A stretch of DNA of 32,000 nucleotides from Ktedonobacterales bacterium. GTDB taxonomy: Bacteria; Chloroflexota; Ktedonobacteria; Ktedonobacterales; JADMIN01. The DNA lies in contig CP126532.1 in assembly GCA_030167145.1 (NCBI GenBank), forward strand, positions 4,200,001-4,232,000. Direction: 5' to 3'. The notes below the pieces were generated by a model. It did no database searches. It saw only the letters and a program-made list of their open reading frames with translations, and was not told the origin of the DNA. The first letter of the stretch is position 1. Each line of letters starts with the position of its first letter. Shown piece after piece: positions 24,700 through 32,000 of the stretch. A program made the translations under genes and the position numbers.

Positions 24700-25467
24700 T
24701 TACGAACCGGGGATGGCGTGGTGGGCGGTGATCTGCGCCCAGAAGAGGTCGGCGAGGACTGCGTAGCCCGCGCTAGAGGGGTGGAAGCCGTCTTGTGACG
24801 AGACGTATTCGGGGTGGCTGGCGAGGTCGGAGTTAAAGAGGTCTACCAGCACCGCGCCGTGCTTGGCGACCAGGGGATTGATGACGGTGTTCCACTGCTG
24901 GGCCAGCGCGCGTATACCCGACGGCGAGACGCCACGCACACATGGGCCGCCATCTGCCGCGCCCTGCTGGAAGTAGGGCAGCAGGCTCATATCGGGCGTG
25001 TTGGCGACGAAGATTTTGGCGCGCGTCTGCTGCTGAAGCTGGGTCAGCAACGTATCGAGGTCAGCGGCGTATTGGGCGAGCGGGGTGCAGTGGCGGAAGT
25101 CGTTGCCGACAAACCAGACGGTGATGAGGGTGGGATGCGCGGCGAGCGCCTGCGGCAATTCTTGCGCCAGCGCGTCGTGCAGCAGGATGCCACTGACGCC
25201 GAGATTCAGCGCGGCAGAGTGCGCGGGCAGTCGCGCGATGATGCGTGGGATGTAGCCCTGGGTATTGGGGTCGTCGGCGCCGACGCCGACTGCATCGGAG
25301 GCGCCGAGGGCGACGTAGACTACTGGTGGCGGGACTGTGGCGCTGGGGCTGGCGCCAGTGCGAGGCTGGACGACTTGCGCGCCGCCGGCGCAGCCGGCGA
25401 GCAGCAGGGTGAGCAGCGAAATCAGGAGCGCCATTCTAGAACGGGTACGCAGGGGCAAGAAGGACAT
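24700..25467 (-). CDS. SGNH/GDSL-family hydrolase, probable lipoprotein
   Basis: Lipobox LLLAGC, block I VALGASDAVG, block II GVSG, block III VGNDF, block V DGFHPS. ATG 25467 has GGAG upstream; ATG 25434 is the alternative. Confidence 0.8.
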   Translation of the reverse strand: MSFLPLRTRSRMALLISLLTLLLAGCAGGAQVVQPRTGASPSATVPPPVVYVALGASDAVGVGADDPNTQGYIPRIIARLPAHSAALNLGVSGILLHDALAQELPQALAAHPTLITVWFVGNDFRHCTPLAQYAADLDTLLTQLQQQTRAKIFVANTPDMSLLPYFQQGAADGGPCVRGVSPSGIRALAQQWNTVINPLVAKHGAVLVDLFNSDLASHPEYVSSQDGFHPSSAGYAVLADLFWAQITAHHAIPGS

Positions 25468-25493
25468 GATGGGTGCTCCAGAGAGTATGTAGT

Positions 25494-25520
25494 GTGGTGG
25501 GGTGGACATTCCTATCTGCC
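25494..25520 (-). repeat. Family A copy, inverted orientation
   Basis: GTGGTGGGGTGGACATTCCTATCTGCC matches the reverse complement of the family A consensus at 25 of 27 positions. Both differences are transitions. Confidence 0.75.
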
Positions 25521-25539
25521 CTGCTGATCTGCCCTGCTG
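25514..25539 (+). repeat. Perfect 13-bp tandem duplication
   Basis: ATCTGCCCTGCTG at 25514-25526 and 25527-25539. The first unit includes one arm of the inverted family A hairpin. Confidence 0.85.
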
Positions 25540-25558
25540 GCCAACTCCCTAATACGCC

Positions 25559-25585
25559 GACAGACAAGAATGTCTGTCCTACCGC
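25559..25585 (+). repeat. Family A copy, diverged, with a perfect stem
   Basis: GACAGAC-AAGAAT-GTCTGTC-CTACCGC. The stem is restored by paired transitions relative to the consensus GGCAGAC/GTCCGCC. Confidence 0.6.
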
Positions 25586-25757
25586 TGGGCTGGGTGGGGA
25601 AGGCCACCGTGCCGCCATGAGCGATATTCACATCGTAGCGGTGCGGCTGAGCGTGCGTCAAGCGCGGCTCATGGCCATCAATGGGTGGAGCGCAGGAGGC
25701 CCGATACCTGTACATCGGGCCAGAACATCAGTTTTCTTACTGGTATGCCTACCGCGC

Positions 25758-25780
25758 TACGACGTAGAATATACGACGTA
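25758..25780 (+). promoter_or_regulatory. Two copies of the palindromic 9-mer TACGACGTA, 14 bp apart (operator candidate), overlapping -10-like hexamers
   Basis: TACGACGTA at 25758-25766 and 25772-25780. TAGAAT lies at 25765-25770 and TATGAT at 25779-25784. The site is about 50 nt upstream of the exporter start. Confidence 0.4.
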
Positions 25781-25832
25781 TGATGAGAATCAAACATGGG
25801 ATAGAAGTGTCTAGCGGGAGGGGAGGTTTCGT

Positions 25833-27704
25833 TTGCGTTCCACGCTCTCCGCGGTTCGCGGCTACATGCTCCGGCACAGTGGCGCGTTGCTGGCTGGTGG
25901 TGTGCTGATTGTCATTGCGAACCTGATTGCGCTCGTGCCGCCGCTGATTCTGCAACAGGCCATAGACGGCCTCAACCTCCACGAGGGACTCGATTCACTT
26001 ACCCGCTACGCGCTGCTGATCATCGGTGTGGCGCTGGCGGCCAGTGTCTTTCAGTTTTGCAGCCGCTATGTGATCAACGCAGTCTCGCGCCAGATCGAAT
26101 ATGAGATGCGCACGCGGCTCTTCCAGCATTTCCAGATTCTGGATCTCGAATACTTTCAGCAGCGCAAACTGGGTGATCTGGTGGCGCGGGCTACCAACGA
26201 TCTCTCGCAGGTGCGCCAGATGCTCGGACCGGGTGTCAGCAACCTCTGCAATACGCTCGTCGCCTTCACCGTCACCGCTATCGTCATGGTGAGCATAGAC
26301 GCGCAACTCACGTTCTATTCGCTGACCGTCATGCCGATCATCACCGTTCTTTTCATTCTCGTCGGCAAGGGCATCCGCCACCGCTTCCGCCGCGTGCAAG
26401 ACCAATTCGGCGAGGTCTCGGCGCGGGCGCAGGAGAACTTCTCTGGCATTCGCGTGGTCAAAGCCTACGCGCAGGAAGACCACGAGCTGGCCGCATTCAA
26501 CCGCATCAACCGGACGTATGTGGATTACAGCATCGCGTATGTGCGCCTGAACTCATTGCTGTGGCCCGCGATGTACTTCATTTCGGGGCTGGCTGTGGCG
26601 ATTCTGCTGTGGCGCGGCGGTGTGGACGTGATTGCCGGGCGCATCACGCTGGGCCGCCTGGTGCGCTTCAATACGTATCTCGCCGCGCTGGCGTGGCCGA
26701 TGATCGCGCTGGGCTGGACGGTGAACCTGTTCCAGCAGGGCGCGGCGTCGCTGAGCCGCATCCAGGAAGTGATGCGCACGCCGCCCGCCATCAGCGATGG
26801 TCCGCAGACGCGCGCCGATGCCGCGCCGACACGTGGCGAGGTGGCGCTGGAGCATGTGTCGCTGGCGTATGGCGAGCATAAGGTGCTGCACGACATCAAC
26901 CTGCGCGTGCCAGCGGGAACGTCGCTGGGCATCGTCGGCCCCACCGGTGCGGGAAAATCGAGCCTGGTGAATCTGCTGGCGCGGGTCTATGACGTCACCG
27001 GCGGGCAGGTGCGGATAGACGGCGTGGATGTGCGTGAGATTCCGCTCGCCACACTGCGGCGCGCGATTGGCTACGTGCCGCAGGAGACGTTTCTCTTCTC
27101 GGTCTCGGTCGCGGAGAATGTCGGCTTCGGCTTGCAGGATGAGCAACTCAGCGATGAGCAGCTACAGCGGGCGCTGAGCATCTCGCAGCTTGGCAAAGAC
27201 ATGGCCGACTTCCCCCACGGCGCGGAGACGATGGTGGGTGAGCGCGGCGTGACGCTTTCCGGCGGGCAAAAGCAGCGCGCGGGTATCGCGCGGGCGGTCG
27301 CCAAAGAGCCGCTGATTCTGGTGCTGGACGACGCGCTCTCCAGCGTGGATACGAATACCGAAGCGACGATCCTGCGGGAACTGACGGACTTCATGACGGG
27401 GCGCACGTCAATTCTCATCGCGCACCGCATCTCTACGGTGAAAAACCTGGATCAGATTGTGGTCATCAACGATGGGCGGATCGTCGAACGGGGCAATCAT
27501 GCTGAGTTGCTCGCGCTGGACGGCCTCTATGCCGCGATGTATCGCCGCCAGTTGCTTGGCGAGGAACTGGAAGAGAGCGACGAACTGCTGCCCGCCGAAG
27601 CAGGCGTGGAGGTCGAAGGGGATGCTGCTGCCGACGCCGAACTGATAGACCAGTCAACCGAGGACGAGCAATATCTCTCGCCCGAATCCATGATACAGGA
27701 GTAG
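25833..27704 (+). CDS. ABC exporter, fused permease/ATPase (type I exporter half-transporter 1)
   Basis: Six-helix TMD, then Walker A GPTGAGKSSL, signature LSGGQKQRAGIARA, Walker B ILVLDDALS. TTG start with GGGAGGGGAGG upstream. Confidence 0.88.
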   Translation: MRSTLSAVRGYMLRHSGALLAGGVLIVIANLIALVPPLILQQAIDGLNLHEGLDSLTRYALLIIGVALAASVFQFCSRYVINAVSRQIEYEMRTRLFQHFQILDLEYFQQRKLGDLVARATNDLSQVRQMLGPGVSNLCNTLVAFTVTAIVMVSIDAQLTFYSLTVMPIITVLFILVGKGIRHRFRRVQDQFGEVSARAQENFSGIRVVKAYAQEDHELAAFNRINRTYVDYSIAYVRLNSLLWPAMYFISGLAVAILLWRGGVDVIAGRITLGRLVRFNTYLAALAWPMIALGWTVNLFQQGAASLSRIQEVMRTPPAISDGPQTRADAAPTRGEVALEHVSLAYGEHKVLHDINLRVPAGTSLGIVGPTGAGKSSLVNLLARVYDVTGGQVRIDGVDVREIPLATLRRAIGYVPQETFLFSVSVAENVGFGLQDEQLSDEQLQRALSISQLGKDMADFPHGAETMVGERGVTLSGGQKQRAGIARAVAKEPLILVLDDALSSVDTNTEATILRELTDFMTGRTSILIAHRISTVKNLDQIVVINDGRIVERGNHAELLALDGLYAAMYRRQLLGEELEESDELLPAEAGVEVEGDAAADAELIDQSTEDEQYLSPESMIQE

Positions 27705-27709
27705 CCAGG

Positions 27710-29533
27710 GTGGCGCAGACAACATTCTTCCACGAAGACGAAATCCTGGGCAAGGCGTATGACGGGCGGCTGATGCGGCGGCTCTGGCGCTACATCCGGC
27801 CGTATTCGCTGCTGTTCTTCGGCGCGCTTGTTATCGCCCTGGCTACCGTCGGCGCGGACCTGATTGGGCCGTTCATCACGCAGATCGCTATTGATCGCTA
27901 CATCGCGCCCGCTGGGCCGACGACGCTGACGCCTACTGAGCGGGCCAATGGCGTCTTCTTCATGTCGCTGCTGTTTCTGCTGGCGCTGTCGGTGGGCTTC
28001 GTGCTGCGCTATTTGCAGAACTTCATGCTGAGCGTGTTGGGCCAGAAAGTGATGTATGACCTGCGCTCGGATATGTTCGGCCACCTGCAACGGCTGTCGC
28101 TCTCATTCTTCGATCACAATCCGGTGGGGCGGCTGATGACGCGCATCACCAACGACGTGGACGCGCTGAACGACTTCTTCACGTCGGGCGCGGTGTCGCT
28201 GATCGGCGACACGCTGACGCTGATCGGCATCATGATTATCTTGCTGATCGAGAACTGGCGGCTGGCGCTGGTGGTGTTTATCGTCATCCCGCCGCTGCTG
28301 CTGGTTACGGCGTTCTTCCAGCGGGCGATGCGCGACAACTTCCGCGCGATTCGCGTGCGGCTGGCGCGGATCAACGCCAACATCGCCGAGAATATCGCGG
28401 GCACGCAGGTGGTGCAACTCTTCAACCGTGAGCGGCGCAACTTCGGGTACTTCGATACGCTCAACCGCGACTACCGTTCCGCGACGCTGCGCTCGCTGTT
28501 CTACTTTGCGCTGTTCTTCCCGGTGGTCAATCTCTTCGCGGCGACGGCGACGGCGCTGATCATTCGCGTGGGCGGCGGGCAGGTGCTGACCAGCGCGCTG
28601 ACCATCGGCGCGCTGATTGCCTTCTTGCAATATCTCGACCGCTTCTTCCTGCCGGTGCGCGACCTGGCCGACAAGTACACGATCTTACAGGCGGCGATGG
28701 CTAGCTCGGAGCGCATCTTCCGTGTGCTGGATGAGCCGGTCACGATTGCTGATCCCACGACGCCCGCGAAACTGGAACAGGTGCAGGGCGACGTGCAGTT
28801 TCGCGACGTGTGGTTCGCGTACAACCCGGATGAATGGGTGCTGAAGGGCATCTCGTTCCATATTCGCCCTGGCGAGAGTGTGGCGTTTGTGGGTGCGACG
28901 GGCGCGGGGAAGACTTCGCTGATTAGCTTGATCTCGCGCTTTTACGATGTGGAGCGCGGCGAGGTGCTGCTGGATGGGCACAACGTGAAAGATCTGTCGC
29001 AGGCGGAGCTACGCCGGCATGTGGGCGCGGTGCTGCAAGATCCGTTCGTGTTTGCGGGGACCATCGCCAGCAATATTCGGCTGCACGAGCAGGACATCGG
29101 CGATGAGCGGGTGCGCGACGCGGCGAGCTTTGTGAATGCGGCGCCGTTCATCGAACAACTGCCGCAGATGTATGAAGAAGAGGTGCGCGAACGGGGCGCG
29201 GGCCTGTCGGTCGGGCAGAAGCAGTTGCTGGCTTTCGCACGGGCTATCGCGTTCAATCCTGAAGTGCTGTTGATTCTGGACGAGGCGACGAGCAGCGTAG
29301 ATACCGAAACGGAGGCGCTGATTCAGGACGCGCTGGCGAAACTGATGCGCGGGCGCACTTCGATCATCATCGCGCACCGGCTCTCGACGATTCGCAATGT
29401 GGACCGGATTATCGTGCTGCATAAGGGGCGGATTGTGGAAGAGGGGACGCATGAGGCGCTGCTGGACCGCAACGGCTATTATAAGCGCCTGTATGAGTTG
29501 CAGTACGCGGAATCGCTGGCGCAGGGGGCGTAG
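27710..29533 (+). CDS. ABC exporter, fused permease/ATPase (half-transporter 2)
   Basis: TMD, then Walker A GATGAGKTSL, signature LSVGQKQLLAFARA, Walker B LLILDEATS. GTG start 5 nt after the previous stop, which suggests a heterodimeric exporter. Confidence 0.88.
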   Translation: MAQTTFFHEDEILGKAYDGRLMRRLWRYIRPYSLLFFGALVIALATVGADLIGPFITQIAIDRYIAPAGPTTLTPTERANGVFFMSLLFLLALSVGFVLRYLQNFMLSVLGQKVMYDLRSDMFGHLQRLSLSFFDHNPVGRLMTRITNDVDALNDFFTSGAVSLIGDTLTLIGIMIILLIENWRLALVVFIVIPPLLLVTAFFQRAMRDNFRAIRVRLARINANIAENIAGTQVVQLFNRERRNFGYFDTLNRDYRSATLRSLFYFALFFPVVNLFAATATALIIRVGGGQVLTSALTIGALIAFLQYLDRFFLPVRDLADKYTILQAAMASSERIFRVLDEPVTIADPTTPAKLEQVQGDVQFRDVWFAYNPDEWVLKGISFHIRPGESVAFVGATGAGKTSLISLISRFYDVERGEVLLDGHNVKDLSQAELRRHVGAVLQDPFVFAGTIASNIRLHEQDIGDERVRDAASFVNAAPFIEQLPQMYEEEVRERGAGLSVGQKQLLAFARAIAFNPEVLLILDEATSSVDTETEALIQDALAKLMRGRTSIIIAHRLSTIRNVDRIIVLHKGRIVEEGTHEALLDRNGYYKRLYELQYAESLAQGA

Positions 29534-29543
29534 TGTGGGGTCG

Positions 29544-29567
29544 CGGTCGTCAACGGTGGCGCAGGGG
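29544..29567 (+). repeat. Family G, copy 1
   Basis: CGGTCGTCAACGGTGGCGCAGGGG; compare CGGTCGTCAACGTCCGACGCAGGGG at 29981-30005. Confidence 0.55.
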
Positions 29568-29608
29568 CACAAGCGGGCATCAATGGCTGACGCACGGGCT
29601 AGTGGGAG

Positions 29609-29810
29609 GGGCCTCGCCTCGGCCTTAAATGGCCGGAGCACAGACGGATGGCATGAATGCGGTGGGGAATCGCGTGATGGGCGGGCCGCGGGTGGGGAAG
29701 AGGGGTGGTAAGGGAAGCTCTCAGCCTGAAGGCCGCGGCTAATCCCGGTGGCGAGCATGCGGCGGGTGGTGAGGATGGGTGTGGGGCGGGAACGCGGCAT
29801 GAGCGGGTGG
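29609..29810 (+). repeat. Family D, about 200 bp, copy D1
   Basis: Aligns by eye with 31507-31705: about 10 mismatches in the first ~136 nt, a divergent ~25-nt centre, and 2 mismatches in the last ~40 nt. It contains hairpins CTCGGCC-TTAAAT-GGCCGGAG and AGCC-TGAA-GGCC. Confidence 0.85.
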
Positions 29811-29823
29811 TTGAAACCGTGTA

Positions 29824-29894
29824 GAGGGCGAGGCAGGGCTCGCCCCTCTTCGGAACGGCTCAGAGGGGCTGCGCTCCGCTTGCCCTACGGTGGC
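29824..29894 (+). repeat. B-variant hairpin plus family C, copy C1
   Basis: GGGCGAG-GCAGGG-CTCGCCC (29826-29845), then CGCCCCTCTTCGGAACGGCTCAGAGGGGCTGCGCTCCGCTTGCCCTACGGTGGC (29841-29894). The latter matches 31421-31474 at 53 of 54 positions. Confidence 0.85.
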
Positions 29895-29908
29895 GCGCGG
29901 CTGCGAGA

Positions 29909-29978
29909 GGCTCCGCCTCGGCCATAAATGGCCGGAGCACGGACGAGATGGCATAAATGCCATGGGGAATCGCGGGAT
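29909..29978 (+). repeat. Family D partial copy
   Basis: GGCTCCGCCTCGGCCATAAATGGCCGGAGCACGGACGAGATGGCATAAATGCCATGGGGAATCGCGGGA parallels the first ~70 nt of D1 and D2. Confidence 0.7.
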
Positions 29979-29980
29979 CT

Positions 29981-30005
29981 CGGTCGTCAACGTCCGACGC
30001 AGGGG
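29981..30005 (+). repeat. Family G, copy 2
   Basis: CGGTCGTCAACGTCCGACGCAGGGG. Confidence 0.55.
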
Positions 30006-30257
30006 TGAGCGGGCGGCAGCGTAGTAGTAAGCGACAGCGATGAGCTACCGGGCGTGGTCATGATGTCCGTTCGATCAGCAGGTGTGATGCGCATGTGAGA
30101 GCAGTGCGGCGCGCTGTGACTGCGTTGTGCCTTCTATGGGCTATGGAAGACAAAGGCTATGGAAGTCAGTCGCATCACGTTCGCAATGGTGGCGGGCCGT
30201 GGGAATTTGCTAGCGTTCCAACGGTCCATGCGATCACTACTCCCAAGGAGGGACGTT

Positions 30258-30653
30258 ATGAGCCGTCTTGAGTTGAGCGCGCACATGAAGATTCGTCCGG
30301 GAAAGTTCGACGGATTTAAGAAACAGGCGGCTGAGTTGATCAGGCTGGCGCAGGAGAAGGACACCCAAACGCTGCGCTACGACTGGTTCATCAGCCGTGA
30401 TGGCACGGAGTGCGAAGTCCGTGAGGCTTATGCGAGTTCGGAGGGCCTGATTGAACATTCGACCCACATCGCAGAGGCGCGCAACCGATTATTTGCCGAG
30501 TTTGCCGAGGGCCACGTCATGACGGCGTATGGGGAGCCGTCACCAGAGTTGTTCGCGATGGTAGAAGCGATGCAGAAGGCAGGGCATGTCAAGATCACCT
30601 GGTTCTCCTTCTTGCAAGGCTTGCAGTCACCCGCACATGCGTCTAGCGTGTGA
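30258..30653 (+). CDS. ABM (antibiotic-biosynthesis-monooxygenase-like, ferredoxin-fold) domain protein
   Basis: ATG 30258 is preceded by AAGGAGG with a 6-nt spacer. The pattern ...TLRYDWFISRDGTECEVREAYASSEGLIEHSTH... matches my memory of the ABM signature. Confidence 0.6.
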   Translation: MSRLELSAHMKIRPGKFDGFKKQAAELIRLAQEKDTQTLRYDWFISRDGTECEVREAYASSEGLIEHSTHIAEARNRLFAEFAEGHVMTAYGEPSPELFAMVEAMQKAGHVKITWFSFLQGLQSPAHASSV

Positions 30654-30726
30654 GGAACGGTGAAGCGCGTGCGTACACGGCTGGCGGAATATGACAGCAA
30701 ATGGGACGAACAGGCGCGCACCGCTG

Positions 30727-31218
30727 CTAGTCTTCCCACGCATCATTGACCTGGCGCAGGGCGCGGATATGGTTGATCTCACCTGCGTGGTAGAGGTCGT
30801 GCTGGATCATGGTCACGGCGATGATCCAGCGGGTCTCTCGTAATTCACCCCAGTTGGTCCGGCGTGGTTCCAGCAGTTCGGCATCGTCGGCGAGCGCGGC
30901 GACGCCGCTGCGTAGACGCTCCTGGTTGGCTCGGAGCCAGGCGATGGCCGTCGGGAGGTCTGCGGTCGCCTCATCGCCGCCAACCTGCGGGTCATCCCAG
31001 GTGAGGGTTGCCCCGCCGAAGGCCTGGTCGTAGGCCATCACCTTGACACGGCCCAGATGGCGGACGATGTCGCGGATCGAGCGTGCGCCGCCTGGAGGTA
31101 CCCACTCCCAGTCCTCGGGCGTAACCGTGTTCAGGTTGCTGAGCAGGGAGTGCCAGTCTGGCCCATCGAACCCCGCATCCATCAGGTAGAGATACGATTC
31201 AATCGTCTGCCTCGTCAT
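30727..31218 (-). CDS. DinB-family (DinB_2-like) four-helix-bundle protein
   Basis: IRDIVRHLG... and the C-terminal QHDLYHAGEINHIRAL histidine pattern. GGAGGG SD upstream of ATG 31218. Confidence 0.75.
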   Translation of the reverse strand: MTRQTIESYLYLMDAGFDGPDWHSLLSNLNTVTPEDWEWVPPGGARSIRDIVRHLGRVKVMAYDQAFGGATLTWDDPQVGGDEATADLPTAIAWLRANQERLRSGVAALADDAELLEPRRTNWGELRETRWIIAVTMIQHDLYHAGEINHIRALRQVNDAWED

Positions 31219-31406
31219 GGCTGACCCTCCGAAGTCTACTCGCGGCGCAGAACGCCGCCCGATTATCTTTCAGCGGAACGCGAGGTGGGTATCCGCAAGG
31301 AGTATACTGCGTTAGGCGGAAAATATCCGCCCTATTTCGCGTTATGTGGTTTTGCGGTTTATGGCGGGTACGGCGCGAAGGGGCGGGGTGGGTGCATCCA
31401 CGCGCC

Positions 31407-31474
31407 GGGCGTCCACCGGACGCCCCTCTTCGGAACGGCTCAGAGGGGCTGCGCTCCGCTTGCCCTACGATGGC
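31407..31474 (+). repeat. Family B hairpin plus family C, copy C2
   Basis: GGGCGTCC-ACC-GGACGCCC (31407-31425), then the 54-bp C unit (31421-31474) ending in CCCTACGATGGC. Confidence 0.85.
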
Positions 31475-31506
31475 ATGGGTGTCCTCGCGAGCGGGCTGGT
31501 GGGCGT

Positions 31507-31705
31507 GGCCCCGCCTCGGCCATCAATGGCCGGCGCACAGACGGATGGCATGAATGCGGTGGGGAATCGCGTGATGGGCGGGGCGCGGGTGGTGAAGATG
31601 GGTGGTAAGGGAAGCTCTCGGCCTGAAGGCCGTGGGTAATCCTGGATGGAGGGGCAGCCGGTGGGGAAGATGGGTGTGGGGCGGGAACGCGGTATGAGCG
31701 GGCGG
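31507..31705 (+). repeat. Family D, about 200 bp, copy D2
   Basis: See D1. Same orientation, 1.9 kb downstream. Confidence 0.85.
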
Positions 31706-31804
31706 CGCAGAGGCAATGCTATACTGGCGTCATTCCGCTCCAAGGTGGCGTTCGCCGTTGTTCGCCCAACCTGACGCGGCCCTGATTGACAGAGGAGAAC
31801 CGAG

Positions 31805-32000
31805 ATGACCGAGGCGACACAACCAGACGCTCCGAAGGCAGACGCTACGGACACGCAGTGGCCGCCAGAGTTCGATGCGCTCGTCGCCGCTCCCGCACAT
31901 CACACGCTGCTCTTTGAGAATGAGCAGGTGCGCGTGCTCGACACCACTATCGCTCCCGGCGACCGCACCCCAATCCATACTCATCGCTGGCCGTCCGCCC
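31805..32000 (+). CDS. Cupin-domain protein (3' end outside the window)
   Basis: ATG 31805 is preceded by GAGGAGAA. The frame stays open to the window end. LLFENEQVRVLDTTIAPGDRTPIHTHRWPS is a cupin-like beta-strand and His motif. Confidence 0.55.
   Translation, partial: MTEATQPDAPKADATDTQWPPEFDALVAAPAHHTLLFENEQVRVLDTTIAPGDRTPIHTHRWPSA

Noticed and set aside
29679-29697. G-quadruplex motif GGGCGGGCCGCGGGTGGGG inside D1
   Set aside because: G-runs of this kind are expected by chance at this GC content. The paralogous D2 copy disrupts the fourth tract (GGTG), so the motif is not conserved even between the two copies.
29009-29800. ORFs spanning the repeat mosaics (29009..29800 -, 29397..29711 +, 29739..29990 -, 31285..31639 +, 31465..31854 -)
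   Set aside because: They are composed of family B, C and D repeat DNA, which recurs in different contexts and reading frames. They overlap the exporter 3' end or lack an SD. The repeats are hairpin-rich, as expected for non-coding elements.
29609-31705. Composite transposon or IS-bounded element
   Set aside because: There is no transposase, integrase or recombinase ORF, no terminal inverted repeats, and the flanking repeats are direct. I kept it as a repeat-bracketed cassette finding instead.

Overview
High-GC bacterial chromosomal segment with AGGAGG-type Shine-Dalgarno sites and several clean TTGxxx-17 nt-TATACT promoters. The gene content fits a Chloroflexota- or Actinomycetota-like organism, but taxonomy cannot be established from this window. 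I call 25 protein-coding genes, two of them truncated by the window edges. These include: a Pro/Tyr-rich membrane protein; a SprT-like Zn-metallopeptidase; a MacB/FtsX-type ABC system (one double-FtsX permease plus two different ATPases); lpdA; an NfeD/SPFH pair; two MFS transporters flanking a two-gene cassette of unknown function; fni (type-2 IDI) with a PQQ-like beta-propeller gene; a three-subunit xanthine-dehydrogenase-family molybdoenzyme (not a CO dehydrogenase by motif); an orphan HTH protein with (AKT)n repeats; a lower-GC small membrane protein; an SGNH lipoprotein; a heterodimeric ABC exporter; an ABM-like protein; a DinB-family protein; and a cupin fragment. I recognised no rRNA, tRNA, CRISPR array, transposase or integrase. 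The most unusual content is non-coding. Most of the larger intergenic gaps carry short hairpin-forming repeats that I group into families A to G (my own labels). These repeats occur in tandem, in mosaics and nested in one another. Some show compensatory stem substitutions, and one family has a strong strand bias. They also occupy an intra-operon spacer, reach into the 3' part of the HTH gene, and bracket a lower-GC two-gene cassette. I do not recognise them as a named repeat family. Other items worth a second look are the small-terminase-like HTH protein with an internal 210-bp duplication, an AbrB-like tail on one ABC ATPase, a perfect hairpin between SD and start codon of the SprT-like gene, and a palindrome pair upstream of the ABC exporter. 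All homology calls come from motif recognition by eye; no database search was possible.
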